Positions 1 through 38,700 of a stretch of DNA of 64,000 bases are shown in pieces. The notes under the pieces are model-generated. The model did not search any database and was not told where the DNA came from. It saw only the letters and a list, made by a program, of their open reading frames with translations. The stretch is from Macrostomum lignano (taxonomy: Eukaryota): contig NIVC01000096.1 in NCBI GenBank assembly GCA_002269645.1, positions 248,001-312,000 of the forward strand, given 5' to 3'. A program made the translations under genes and the position numbers. Positions within the stretch are counted from its first letter, which is position 1. Each line of letters starts with the position of its first letter.

Positions 1-1420
1 ATTAGCAATCCATTCTATCGCGTCAAACTGGATAGATTAGCAATCCATTCTATCCCCTCAAACTGGATAGATTAGCAATCCATTCTATCCCCTCAAACTG
101 GATAGATTAGCGATCCATTCTATCCCCTCAAACTGGATAGATTAGCAATCCATTCTATCGCGTCAAACTGGATAGATTAGCAATCCATTCTATCCCCTCA
201 AACTGGATAGATTAGCAATCCATTCTATCCCCTCAAACTGGATAGATTAGCGATCCATTCTATCCCCTCAAACTGGATAGATTAGCAATCCATTCTATCC
301 CCTCAAACTGGATAGATTAGCGATCCATTATATTCCCTCAAACTGGATAGATTAGCAATCCATTCTATCGCGTCAAACTGGATAGATTAGCGATCCATTC
401 TATCCCCTCAAACTGGATAGATTAGCGATCCATTATATTCCCTCAAACTGGATAGATTAGCAATCCATTCTATCGCGTCAAACTGGATAGATTAGCAATC
501 CATTCTATCCCCTCAAACTGGATAGATTAGCAATCCATTCTATCCCCTCAAACTGGATAGATTAGCGATCCATTCTATCCCCTCAAACTGGATAGATTAG
601 CAATCCATTCTATCCCCTCAAACTGGATAGATTAGCAATCCATTCTATTCCCTCAAACTGAATAGATTAGCAATCAATTCTATTACCTCAAACTGTATAG
701 ATTAGCAATCCATTCTATCCCCTCAAACTGTATAGATTAGCAATCAGTTCTATCCCCTCAAACTGGATAGATTAGCGATCCATTCTATTCCCTCAAACTG
801 AATAGATTAGCAATCAATTCTATTACCTCAAACTGAATAGATTAGCGATCCATTCTATTCCCTCAAACTGAATAGATTAGCAATCCATTCTATTCCCTCA
901 AACTGGATAGATTAGCGATCCATTCTATCCCCTCAAACTGGATAGATTAGCAATCCATTCTATCGCCTCAAACTGGATAGATTAGCAATCCATTCTATCC
1001 CCTCAAACTGGATAGATTAGCAATCAGTTCTATTCCCTCAAACTGTATAGATTAGCAATCCATTCTATCGCGTCAAACTGTATGGATTAGCAATCCATTA
1101 TATTCCCTCAAACTGGATAGATTAGCAAACCATTCTATCGCGTCAAACTGTATAGATTAGCAATCCATTCTATTCCCTCAAACTGGATAGATTAGCGATC
1201 CATTCTATCCCCTCAAACTGGATAGATTAGCAATCCATTATATTCCCTCAAACTGGATAGATTAGCAATCCATTCTATCCCCTCAAACTGGATAGATTAG
1301 CAATCCATTCTATCCCCTCAAACTGGATAGATTAGCAATCCATTCTATCCCCTCAAACTGTATAGATTAGCAATCCATTCTATCCCTCAAACAGGATAGA
1401 TTAGCAATCCATTTTATTCC
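1..1420. repeat. 35-bp minisatellite (ATTAGCAATCCATTCTATCCCCTCAAACTGGATAG), ~40 copies, runs off window start
   Basis: Unit recurs at positions 1, 36, 71...; head-to-tail with no spacers. Confidence 0.95.
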
Positions 1421-1824
1421 AATAAAAGCATTAACAATGTAACCTTTGATTCCTAAATATAATAACCATAATTGCACAAATATTTTGCTTTTGCAACAAA
1501 AGCAACAAAATTTTGATATGCAGCCCGGATAAGAATAATAAAGAGTACAAAAGCATTGCTAGCAATATGATAAAGTCACTTCTAAAGCATCATGTTATTA
1601 CGCGTACAAATAATTGAAAAGACTTTTTTTTAAAAACAAAGCTTTTTCTGTCTCGACCTGCCTGTCGCAGTAGAAGAAAGCAAAATGTTTTAACAAAATC
1701 CCTGAACAGCGAGAAAAATTGATATATAAGTAGACAATAAACAAACTATTAGAGAGCATTGTTACCCTAGCAACCGCAAAAAACACGCAAAAGGAAACTA
1801 TGAAATTGAAATTAGGGACACAGC

Positions 1825-27371
<25,547 letters not shown>

Positions 27372-30300
27372 CTGCGATGATTTTAATAATATATAGAAAA
27401 TAAGTTTGTGATGTGTAACATCTGCGATTGGGAACCAAAACTGTCCAGTTGTAAACATGTTACAACTCCACATATTATTACTAGTCACTAGTCAGACAAA
27501 ATAATAAGGTTTAACTATATTAAAACAGGTGCCTCAATATAAGCTCCATTAGAGACAATTTTTTAATGCTGCAAATCCATGGGCTAAGGAGGCAGATGCT
27601 AGTCTTTAGAAAAGCTGCACTATCATGATTTAAAATTAAAATGTTCTGAGTTAATGACAGAAAAACTATGACAATTACATAATTGCCTCATTATCTAACA
27701 AGTGCTACATAATTGCCTTGTCAGAAAATTCTTGTCTACACAGGTACTGCTATGCTATTATAGAAATATAATTGAACTAAGTAAAAATGTGAAACTTTAA
27801 TTTTGTAAACAATACAAAATCATATTATTTTTCACTTTATAAACTTAAATACTAACAGCTAGCAAAACATAATCTATGCATTTTGAAAATAATATTTAAT
27901 CAGCAAAAACTATACTTTATTAATAAAAAATAAAATCTACAATATAACTCAAAATATAGAACCATTATTTTTAAAGCTAATTTAAAGAAAAAAGCTAGAC
28001 AGTTCTTAAAACATCAATTAGACAAGCAGTACAAGATTAGTATATGGATTATATAACATGAAGCCAATAAATGTCACAAATATCTCTTTGTACATGTATA
28101 CTATAAGCCTGATAAACCATAGTGATAAAACCTACTGGAGCATATCAAAAAATGTATGGACACTATATTGAATGCATAAATGCATAGACAAACTTGGATT
28201 CAAGGATCATGGTTGTATGAAATCATAAGAACATTTTTATAGTTAAAAGAATATGTATCCTAAAATTATGTTTTTTATTCTTTGAACAACATAAATAGGC
28301 TTTTATATAATTTGAATTTAATGATTTCTTCAGCTGAGGATCTTAAACATATTTAAGCATATAGGTATACCAATTATTTTCATTATCTACAAGTCAGATG
28401 CTATTGACATAGACCTCTATTTGCTATAGTATAGGCAATATTTGTCATATTTATTAGTTTTACATTATTTGTATATTGTAATATTAATAAATACTTCAAC
28501 TGCATAGCAATATATTTGAAATTTTCAAGATTTAAAAAGTATTAATGTATGCTAATATATGTACCATTTTTTTAGACACCAAAAAATTGGCTATAAATAA
28601 AATTGACCTTAGGATCATCGAGCTCATTGTATTGTATATATCTATTTGTACATACTATTAAACTGCTTGCAATAACACTTATTATAAAAGAGTAGAACTT
28701 ATAATTATAGATCTATAAATCTATAATATAACAAGTAGCCCATATAGTAATCTAGAATGGCTATTGAAAAAAAATTACATTTATGATATGTACATTTAAT
28801 TACATTATATATTGGCAGAATACATATGTTTAATTATAAGATATCTTGATATATATAGATATCAAATAGACATTAGGAATATTAGTTAATGTTATCAACA
28901 TTGGATTGCTATATAAGGACCTAGGTTTATTTTTTGTACAATAGGGATAATATAATATCTTGAGTTTTAAAATTATAACTTTAAATCCCTATTATAGCCA
29001 ATAGCCATTATTGTAGATAAAGTCTAGCATTGGCATAGATTGGCCCAGGTAATGCAAACATGGTCTAATGTACTAGCAGTCTGCTATAACAGAAGGAGGC
29101 ATCTATATCCAATATAGTTTAGACTTTGGCTATAATAGGGCTTTAGAGTTTAAATTAGACTTTGGATTAAATTTTATGTTTTAAGCAAAAAAACCTATCC
29201 TAAGTATTTTTTAGGTTTTTGTACAATAGAAATGCTAAATATTATCCTAAATTTCTAAATATCCAACAATTGGACCTTAGATGCAAATTTATATCTCAGC
29301 ACTAACTAAAAGCCTTAGCACTAGCAAAAAACCTAGATAAGGATCTTATGCTAAAATACAAATATGATAATAATTAAAAAGAATATTAAGTCTTATAGAC
29401 TGACACACTATCTGACAGAATATCTAATCAAAATTATAATGGAATATCCAATGGAAAAAGTCACACACAAAAAATTAGAGCCTAGCTTTAGATTTCTAGC
29501 ATATTATTTTACTGATTTTTATTTTTCAATAATACTTATTATTGAGGATTCTTTAATTAAAAAGCATCCTTTAATAAATATAGTTATTTAACAAATTAAA
29601 ATGTCTAGTAGCCAATATAAATCCTTATTGGAATAAGCTAAAAAATGTAGATAGTTGTCCATTGCATTTAAAATATTTCCAGTATTGTATTTTATAGATT
29701 CAATATTGCATCACATTCTGAATCATGTAGTATACACCTAAAAATTTGGAGTTGAATGTAAGAGTTAGTGTTATAAGTTTGTAAATGAAAAAAATAATTT
29801 TAATGTTTTTTAAGTGTATTTTTTCAAGTTCATTTTAAATGAAAATTTTAAGCTTTCTAGTTTTTAAGGTTGTAAAAAAAGCATTTTTACAAATGTTTAT
29901 ACATATAAACTTTTTCCTAAGGATAGTAAAGGCCAGAGAGATAAAAAAGTAACCAAACTATCTACCAAAAAAGATTCTTTATATACAAAATAAGAAAAAT
30001 AAGAAATATAAAAAAGGTCATTTATTGTTGCAATGCAAAAAAGGTAATTTATTGAATAGTTAACACTCACATAAATATGACAATATAGGCATGAAAATTT
30101 TTTGGCATCCATTTGTAAATATTCAATTTTTGTTTGGGCATGCACCAAGCATAATTTAGACTATGGATATTGCATTGTAATAAAAGGCAATATTGTGTGT
30201 TAAGGGCTACAACACATTATAATTGATAGATAACAGCATTAAAAGCATAATTCAGGTGTAACAAAATAGGAATAACATATTTAACCTATTTAGCATCACT

Positions 30301-32798
30301 TAAAACTGAGTGTAAAGTCTAACCATAGTCAGGATTATGGTACACCTGTGCTAGAATGAATCTTATCAAAAAAGTTTACTTATAGTGTGTCATGCGCCAG
30401 AACTATTTTTATAAAAAAGTAAGCAATCGCCATATATTGCAACTTTTAAAAAAATACAAAATCAATAATTTTCCATTTGAAAAATACCAAGAAAACTTGT
30501 AATTGATTCTGTTTTATAGAAAATGCAAGATTAATGTAAATTAATTAAAAAAGCCATAAATATACTAGAACTAGCAAGCAAAAAAGTGCTGATAAAAATT
30601 ATATGCCTTCAAATATAATTTAAATATAATTTAAAATATGCTTTAGAAATGCTTTGATAGAATTTTTATCAAAGAATATATTGTCTTGTTGGAAGCTTTT
30701 GTCTTGCACCAAATTGTCTCAATTTTTTGTCTTGTGCCATACTGTGTTAGATTTTTTCTTGGCATACAATAAGGGTCTTATCATTTTTCAACGTACATTA
30801 AGACATATCCCAATATATATAACACAGCAGATACATTGTATCAAATGACATTTTTTGTATTGGCAAAACAAACAAGGTTTTGTCATTTTTTTCTGGCATT
30901 AAACCCAGCATACACTAATATACAATCCAGACTATGGGTTGCATAGCACTTTTTTTACTTTTGACTTTATCTTGATTTTATACATAATACATTCAAACTA
31001 CTTTTTGTATTAATGTCACACATGTGGGTTTTTTTAACTTATTCCAATAGGGAAATATATAAATCATATTTAAAAAGCCAAAAGTAAAAAATATAAAAAA
31101 TAATTCTATATACATTAAACTTATTTTTTTTTCTCTGTATAAATTTTAAAATGTTAAGCCTTAATAGAATAATTATCAAAACTATAATACCAAATGTACA
31201 AATGTATAAAACAGTATTGGGCACAATACTTTAAAAAGTATCATTTTAAAGCAATATTCTGGTACTAATACTCTAAAAGATATTGGCAATATTTGTTAGT
31301 CCAATACCAAAATATGAGTATCATGCAGTACTTTATTCTGATCCTTGGTCCAATACATCATTTTTTTGCATTTTCCCACTTTTCTGCATCTATCAAGCCA
31401 AAAATGAAGAAAAAGCTCTTAGCTAGGGCCTACTTAATTTTTAGACACAAGACTCTAGTGAGACATGGCTGACCAGAGAAGAAGATTAAATGGGCAAAAT
31501 ATTGTAATAAATTTTATTATATTTATAGTAGCATTTGCGGCGATCCTAAAGATTCCTGCGTTTAATTATTTTACGGAATTATTTCGCCCTCTATTCAAGG
31601 GTGGTGGGGGTGGGGTTATAATTAAACACGGGAAACTAAGAAATTGCCGCATTTGCACCTACATAGTACATTAAGATGAAAAGATTACATGATAGATAAT
31701 ACAAAAATAATAATGTGCATGATATGCAAAAACTCCAACTCATTAATTAGAAATTAGATATTATTTGACTTTCACTAAATTAAATTTTTGAATTTATTAC
31801 TATTAGTTTGATTAAATGTATTGGATTATCAGATTTAAGAAAATGTATCGGCAATACCAAGGTCCAATAATAAGAAAAAAAGGGCAATCCTACACTTCCG
31901 TTCGGTAAATTATTTTAACATTTGAATTCGTACCACCGAGTCAAATGACGTCAATTGGCAATGTGTCTATGTGAAGTGTCTTTAGTTATAGTCCAATTTG
32001 TTTTAATGTGTAGCGCTGCAGGGCAGTGCGGGGCGTGTTTTAGGGAGACCCATTCAGACAGACATTCGAAACGATCGTCTGTAACTTTAAACAAAATTGA
32101 CCCGCTTCAACCATCTTTTTGGCAAATACTTACGCAAGTGTTGGGCGTCGAATAAGCTTTAATTTATTAACTGAAGTAAAAATCCTTCTGACATGCATTG
32201 ATTTAAAAATTGCTTAGCAACACTAGCTCTGATTAGAAATCGCTTTACTGTTGACTAAAATTGTTTTGATCGTAGCAGCCTAAAAGCAGATACTGGATTT
32301 AAAAATGCTTCGATTTACTCTATACGCATGTCTCAGCTTTAAAATGACACCTCAGGCGTCGCAAAAGACAGCTTTGATGCTGAGATATTCGACACTAAAC
32401 ATGCATTGCTTTGCGCAATCTCACATTCAGAAATTTCACTGATTTTTTGTCGATATTTGTGCAGTTGCCATGTCCTTGTTTTTCATCAGAATCTTGTCAA
32501 ATTCTAGTCATGTCTATACGCATGTCTCAGCTTTAAAATGACACCTCAGGCATTGCAAAAGACAGCTTTGATGCTGAGATATTCGACACTAAACATTGCT
32601 TTGCTCAAACTCACATTCGGAAACTTCACTGATTTTTATTCAATATTTGTTCAGACGCTTGTCTACTTCTCCATTTATTAACCATCGCATGGAGCCTTGC
32701 TAACGTACAAGTGTATGTAGTTACAGTAAATGGGGTTTTTGTGACTCACTTAAACTTGTTTACGCATTCTACAGCTATTCGCCGCCTTTCATTGGAGT

Positions 32799-33096
32799 CA
32801 TACATGCGCAACCTCCGAAATTCGGTCGGCCATGCGACTTAGTTTTAACAAAAATGCGACGTAGTTTTTGGCCAAAAATGCAACTTAGATGTAAAAAAAC
32901 CCTAAAGCTAAATTAACGCAACTTTGGGTAAACGGCAGGAGTAACTATGACTGTCTTATTAACTCAAAATGCCTTGTCAGCTACTTAGTACTACTACTTC
33001 GTTATTTTTTCGGGTGGCCGTTTTTGCGACTTCCTTGGTTGGCCGCCAAATCGGTCGGCCAGATCGGCCGACTTGGCCGACTGTTGCGCATGTATG
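32799..33096. mobile_element. 298-bp MITE (CATA...TATG termini; hAT- or P-like)
   Basis: TIR CATACATGCGCAAC; exact 8-bp TSD ATTGGAGT (32791-32798, 33097-33104). Confidence 0.85.
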
Positions 33097-33637
33097 ATTG
33101 GAGTGATTCATGGAGTCCAGTTGATAAATTTCCACAAATTGGACTGCTTCTACATCAGATCTCAACATTTGGAACCGTCCTTGAACTATTTCAGAGTTAA
33201 GTGAGCTAATGGCATCAAATGGAAGGCTAGTGCTCGTACTTGTAAGCGAAGCAGGTTCACAATTGAAATGGTTGTATTCATGGCCATGGGATCTAAACTG
33301 ATCTGTTTTACTTTCACGATCGCTTTGGTCTCAGAAGGAGCAGCAGTTGATGGACTGAGGTGAGAAGAAGATGTGTCACGACTTGAGCTGTTTTTAGAAA
33401 ATATCTTTATCCAATTAAATATTTTCATGCGGCTCCTTAGGTTGTTCCGAATTCCGAGTCTAGAAGTCAAGACAGAAAAAAAGTTAAGAACTGCTACTGT
33501 AGTCCGTAGGGATTGGAAAGCTTAGCAGTACATTAGAAATCGCCAGTTCAATCTAAAAAGTTTGAAGTACATATAGCTATTGGGTTGCAACAACAGTAGA
33601 AAAAATTCTTCCTTTTTATTTTATTCCCACCGCTTAC

Positions 33638-33642
33638 CTCAT
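33638..33642 (-). CDS. ARHGAP39: Candidate ARHGAP39 start micro-exon CDS (ATG AG|gtaagc), giving MSFDWVEI...
   Basis: Best-looking phase-2 ATG + strong donor I found between the WW exon and the UBTD start (by-eye scan, not exhaustive). Confidence 0.35.
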
Positions 33643-35761
33643 TCCGATTTGGATAGCAGAATTGCCACGCAAAAAAAGTAAAAACATAACAATAAACTAT
33701 TTGCTTCATATTAATTGCCACTGACTGTTAATAAACGCGACGTCAATTTCTCTCAATAACAGTTGGAACATGTTTCTTGTACACTTGTATATTTATTTGA
33801 ACCGCAAAGCGGTGAAAAAGTCATGATTGGTTGCCATATGTACAAATGTACACTCACAGACTCACTGACTCAGGTACAATCTATGCAATATAAAGGCAGG
33901 AATCATTAAAAATCAAATACTTAAGACAGTTTAAGAGAAGTCCAGGTTTAAACTGGACATGACTAGAATTTGACAAGTTTCTGATGAAAAACAAGGACAC
34001 GGCAACTGCACAAATATCGACAAAAAATCAGTGAAATTTCTGAATATGAGATTGCGCAAAGCAATGCATGTTTAGTGTCGAATATCTCAGCATCAAAGCT
34101 GTCTTTTGCGACGCCTGAGGTGTCATTTTAAAGCTGAGACATGCGTATAGAGTAAATCGAAGCATTTTTAAATCTAGTATCTGCTTTTAGGCTGCTACGA
34201 TCAAAACAATTTTAGTCAACAGTAAAGCGATTTCTAATCAGAGCTAGTGTTGCTAAGCAATTTTTAAATCAATGTATGTCAGAAGGATTTTTACTTCAGT
34301 TAATAAATTAAAGCTTATTCGACGCCCAACACTTGCGTAAGTATTTGCCAAAAAGATGGTTGAAGCGGGTCAATTTTGTTTAAAGTTACAGACGATCGTT
34401 TCGAATGTCTGTCTGAATATCTCTCGTGAAACCCTCACATTCTAAACAAGACTCAAGAGAAATTGCACTCTGAGCCTTAAAATCGCACCTTGAAATTTGG
34501 CACAAGGTGCGATTTCGCACCTTATCTCTGGCGAAAAAAAAAACCCAGTCTCTGGCGAAAAAAAAAACCCAGGTTACATTGTTATTTAACACGCCTGTTC
34601 AAAATTCAGTGTCAAAATAATTTACCGAACGGAAGTGTAGGATTGCCAAAAAAAGTAATGAGGTCTGATATTCCAATACTCAAATGGTATTGGCAATACT
34701 ATCGGAGTATTGGAGTATTGGACGTGTGCCCAACACTGGTATAAAGAATTAAAAATATATCCAACTAAAGCATTGATCAGGAAAATGACATTATTTATAA
34801 TTATAATATTACTATTATTATCTTTTTTATATTTAATACTTACTTTGATATTGCTGTCATTGTATCAAGCCCTTGAAAACTTCTAAAAACAATAAAAACT
34901 GAATTAACAGGTAGCTGTTGGAAGAATAAAATATCCAACTGGCCTAAATATGCAATCAAGTGGCAAAATAAAGTTAGGCTAGGGTTACTTTAACTGTAGC
35001 TAGGCCTACTACATAGTATGATAATTTTTCCATCTAGAGGCTACAAGTCACAGAAGACGTCAGAACTATCAAGTCATCACGCTTTAATATGGTGACTATT
35101 GACAAAACACAATTGTTCTGCTATTAAGGATTAGGGATACCAGATTAATGGATGTCTCAAGATTGAGCTTTAAAGAATTTGTAAGAAAACTTAGTGTTTC
35201 GAAGAAAGAATATATGTTTTGAAAATATCACGTAATCCGGTATTAACTACATTTTGAGTGTCAATTAAGATTTTGGTGAATCTAGTGGCAGGTAGTCCAG
35301 CTTGACCAGCGCAAAAGCAACGAAAATGTAAAAAAAAATAAAAAAATCCTAATTAAATTTTGCCCGAAAAAAGACAGCTCTCCTATTCTCATTATCTTGT
35401 AATATTTTTGATTTATGTGTATTAACAAATTTTCTACAAATGCTTTTTTATTAGGTGCAAAAACTAAAAACAAAGTTCAAGCAAACAGCCTTTTAATATT
35501 TTAGAATTTGATTTCAAAACAATAGTTTAACTTTCAAATGTTCATTTTCTCAGAAAATTCGCGAGTAAAGTCTAGGAACAAATTGGGGTTGTTTTAATAC
35601 TAAGTGTTTTAGTGTGTTTCGGTGAAATATTCGTTTAGCTGTATTTTTAGCGATTCATTTTTGCAATATTTCAAGTTGCCCTAGCTAAAAGTGATTAAAT
35701 AGAGCGCAGAATCTGCGTCATTTTTTCTGGTTTGTTCCCACTGTCATGATTCAATTGACAC

Positions 35762-38700
35762 ATGGGAAACTGCTTGAGAGGAAACCCTGATGATATTGAA
35801 GTCTCGGAAAGTTCTTATCACCAACGGTCTTCGTCTAGAGGTAAGATAAATAAAATACCAGAAGTATTTTCTATTTTTTTTCTGTAATTTTTATGACTTA
35901 TCATAAAAAACAAATCAAATGTTACAATTATTAATTAAGCCCTACCTAAAATTATTCTATTGATAGCAATGCTTACTGCAAATATTTTTGTGTCAATGAC
36001 AAAATATAGGGCCCTATTGCAAATTGCCAATTCCAAAAGCTGTTGTGGGGAAAGGTGTCATGCTGGTGTGGCGACATGTAAATTATCTTTTTGTTTTTAG
36101 CATAGAAACATTCTTAGAGTAGGCCTAAGGAATTCCGGTTGTTTTGCCCCCAAACTGTTTCGGCCATGTACATTTTGCCCCTAGACCATTTCATCCATAG
36201 TCCATTTCACCGATAAACCAGTTTGGCAATGGGTGTTTCGGCCAAAATGATGATTATGTATTTTAGAGATACAGCTATACATGTATCTTTATTTTCTTTT
36301 TTCAATGCTAATTTTTTGGTTTAATTTGTATTTTGTAATAAAATTTGATCTGAATTGTTGTTACAACAATTGTGTTATTGTGTTATTGCAATTTTGTTTA
36401 TTACAATTGTGCTCATTTGATTATATAAGAGCGTGCTTTGGGCCTGTCTAGCCAGGAGAAGCAAGAGCTTGAGAGCACGCTTTCCTGCTGGTTAGCCCAA
36501 TGATTTTGTAAGCTTTTGGCCTAGCTAGCCGGTTGTCGTTGGGTGCCTACCAATTGTCCAAACTCTGGATAGTATACATGTACGCCAAAATTTTCCAGCA
36601 TAGAGGGACCTAGATTACACATTGGCATACAACTTGGTGTACAAAAGCGCCTGGCGTGCCCTCTTGGCATACAGCTTGGCGTATAGAGATTGCTGAGACC
36701 AGCAAGTGGGACCAAAAGTTCCAAGTCCCAACAATCAATCTACATAATTAGCATACTTAGCAAAATTTTGATCAAAAAGAATAGCCAGCCCTTTCCAAAA
36801 AAATGGAAAACTAAATTAAAATAACTGGGTTTAACTTTTCCAAGAAAGTAAAAGTAAAACAAAAATAGTTAAAATGAACTAGTTCTCTACAGTTTAGTAA
36901 AAAGATTTTCAGTTTTAACACATAGGTTGTTTGAATATTAAAATTTTGCAAGCTTTTAATATTAGTTGTAATTTGTAATTTTTATTTTGGCATATTTTTG
37001 TATGCAATAAAGAGTTCGTTGGTGTACATTGGCATGCATAAGCTACAAAAGCAATTTTTGTTCCGGCGTAAAGGGGTACACGATCTTGACCTTGGCCAAT
37101 TGTGAATTAAATTGAAACAAGTTTTTTTAAAGTTGTAAAATTGTATCGTTGTGCGCATGGTTGTCAGCAGTGCTCTTTGCACTTTTGTCTTATCTTGCAT
37201 CTTATCTTGAATAAGTGGTATTTTCGCGGACGGTGTCCGGCGCACTTTTTCTTTTTCCTCATAGTCATGGCGCATGGCGCGCTACGCGCGCCATGCGCCA
37301 TGACGCACAGCAGCTCACAGGTAAGATGCAAGGAGGACATCACGCGCTACATACAGCGCTGCTGAACAAGGATGAGAAGCATGCACAGGAGAAAGTCAGC
37401 AGCACGGTGGAAATTCAGCAAACTGTAAGTAAAACTTGTTTTTCTAATTTCTATAACTTTGATAATATTGCTATGGGCTATAGTATAGCATATCTCCTAT
37501 CATATGTATTGATTGCTGTGTCATCTAGAATATGCATGCAAGTTAATCGTAAAATTGGAAATTGTAGTTGAAAGATCGCAGCAGAAATGTTCTTTATTGC
37601 CTCATAAACATTATAACATAGTGCCAAATGCTAATTGCTCTTAATGTTCTCTTATAACGCAGTTGCAAGAAATAAAAAAGTAAACTAAATTCTATTAAAA
37701 GTCTCAACAAATTTTCTGCTTTGTTTAATTATCTTTTTGATTGGTTGCGCGTACATTTATTTATGCTGACATTTAAATGTGAAAATATTCTTCGAAACAC
37801 CATGCTAAATAGTTATCAGATTTGATAACCCGACCCGAGCCAAAGTGCTACAACTACTACTGAAAAAGTGTGTGGATAAGGCAAAGACAATTTTGTTTGT
37901 TCGTGAACTCTGTGTTGTTCATCACGGAGTTTCTTCATTTTGTATTAACCGATTAGCCAAATTGAAGTAAAGGGTTTCAGTGTTCGTAATTATTTTAAGT
38001 ACTCACTGATGCAATTGCCACACTATTTACATTATTTATTTTTCTTTGAATAGACCAACAATGTAACTTTGTAAGTCAAAAGACGAGTAGACTAAGAATT
38101 AAGAAATAGATACAACTACAACAGAAGGGGGCAGAAGTACAGTACAGAACAGAGTGCAGTAAAACACAAGTGCGGTAAAACACACAACTTTCTCTCAATC
38201 TCTTTAAATCTCTCAAAAACGAGTGATGCATCATCAGAATGAACATGATAGAGACTGGAGTCATGCACAATATCACCTAAACCTAGAGTGCTATGGCACC
38301 CTAGGATTTGAAGATTTGAATGACACATCGTCCATACCACCTTAGGATTTGAAGATTGTCATGACGCACCGTCCAGGCCACTTTATGATTGCCATGGCGC
38401 ACTAGATGCACTGTCCACAGTGTCTGAAAACTTATTCCAATAGGGTTGCATACTCTCAGCTCATGACTTTGTTTATTTCAACCCTGGTCCAAATTGGAGG
38501 CAAAACAGTCCATGGCCAAAATGGTCTGTGGGAGAAACGGTCTATGGGCGAAATGGTCTAGGGGCAAAATGTCCATGGCCGAAATGGTTTATGGGCAAAA
38601 TGACCGGTTACTGGCCTAAGAAGTAAAAATTAGGTAGACCAAATTACCAATTGCTATAGTCCTGAAAGTTATTTTTTGTAATTTTGGAATAAGCTGGGAA

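Larger units (their letters stand above)
31883..34647. mobile_element. GG-terminal TIR element (Merlin- or MULE-like), with ~460-bp internal inverted arms 32052-32512 / 33955-34418
   Basis: Terminal IR GGCAATCCTACACTTCCGTTCGGTAAATTATTTT; exact 8-bp TSD AAAAAAAG (31875-31882, 34648-34655); arms differ at ~5 sites. Confidence 0.75.
31212..34738. mobile_element. Old hAT-like non-autonomous element hosting nested insertions
   Basis: TIR CAGTATTGGGCAC ... GTGCCCAACACTG (1 mismatch); 8-bp TSD GTATAAAA/GTATAAAG; AGTATTG/CAATAC subterminal repeats. Confidence 0.65.

Noticed and set aside
1-1420. CRISPR-like appearance of the 35-, 32-, 36-, 45- and 60-bp arrays
   Set aside because: Head-to-tail repeats with no unique spacers, no cas genes, eukaryotic context
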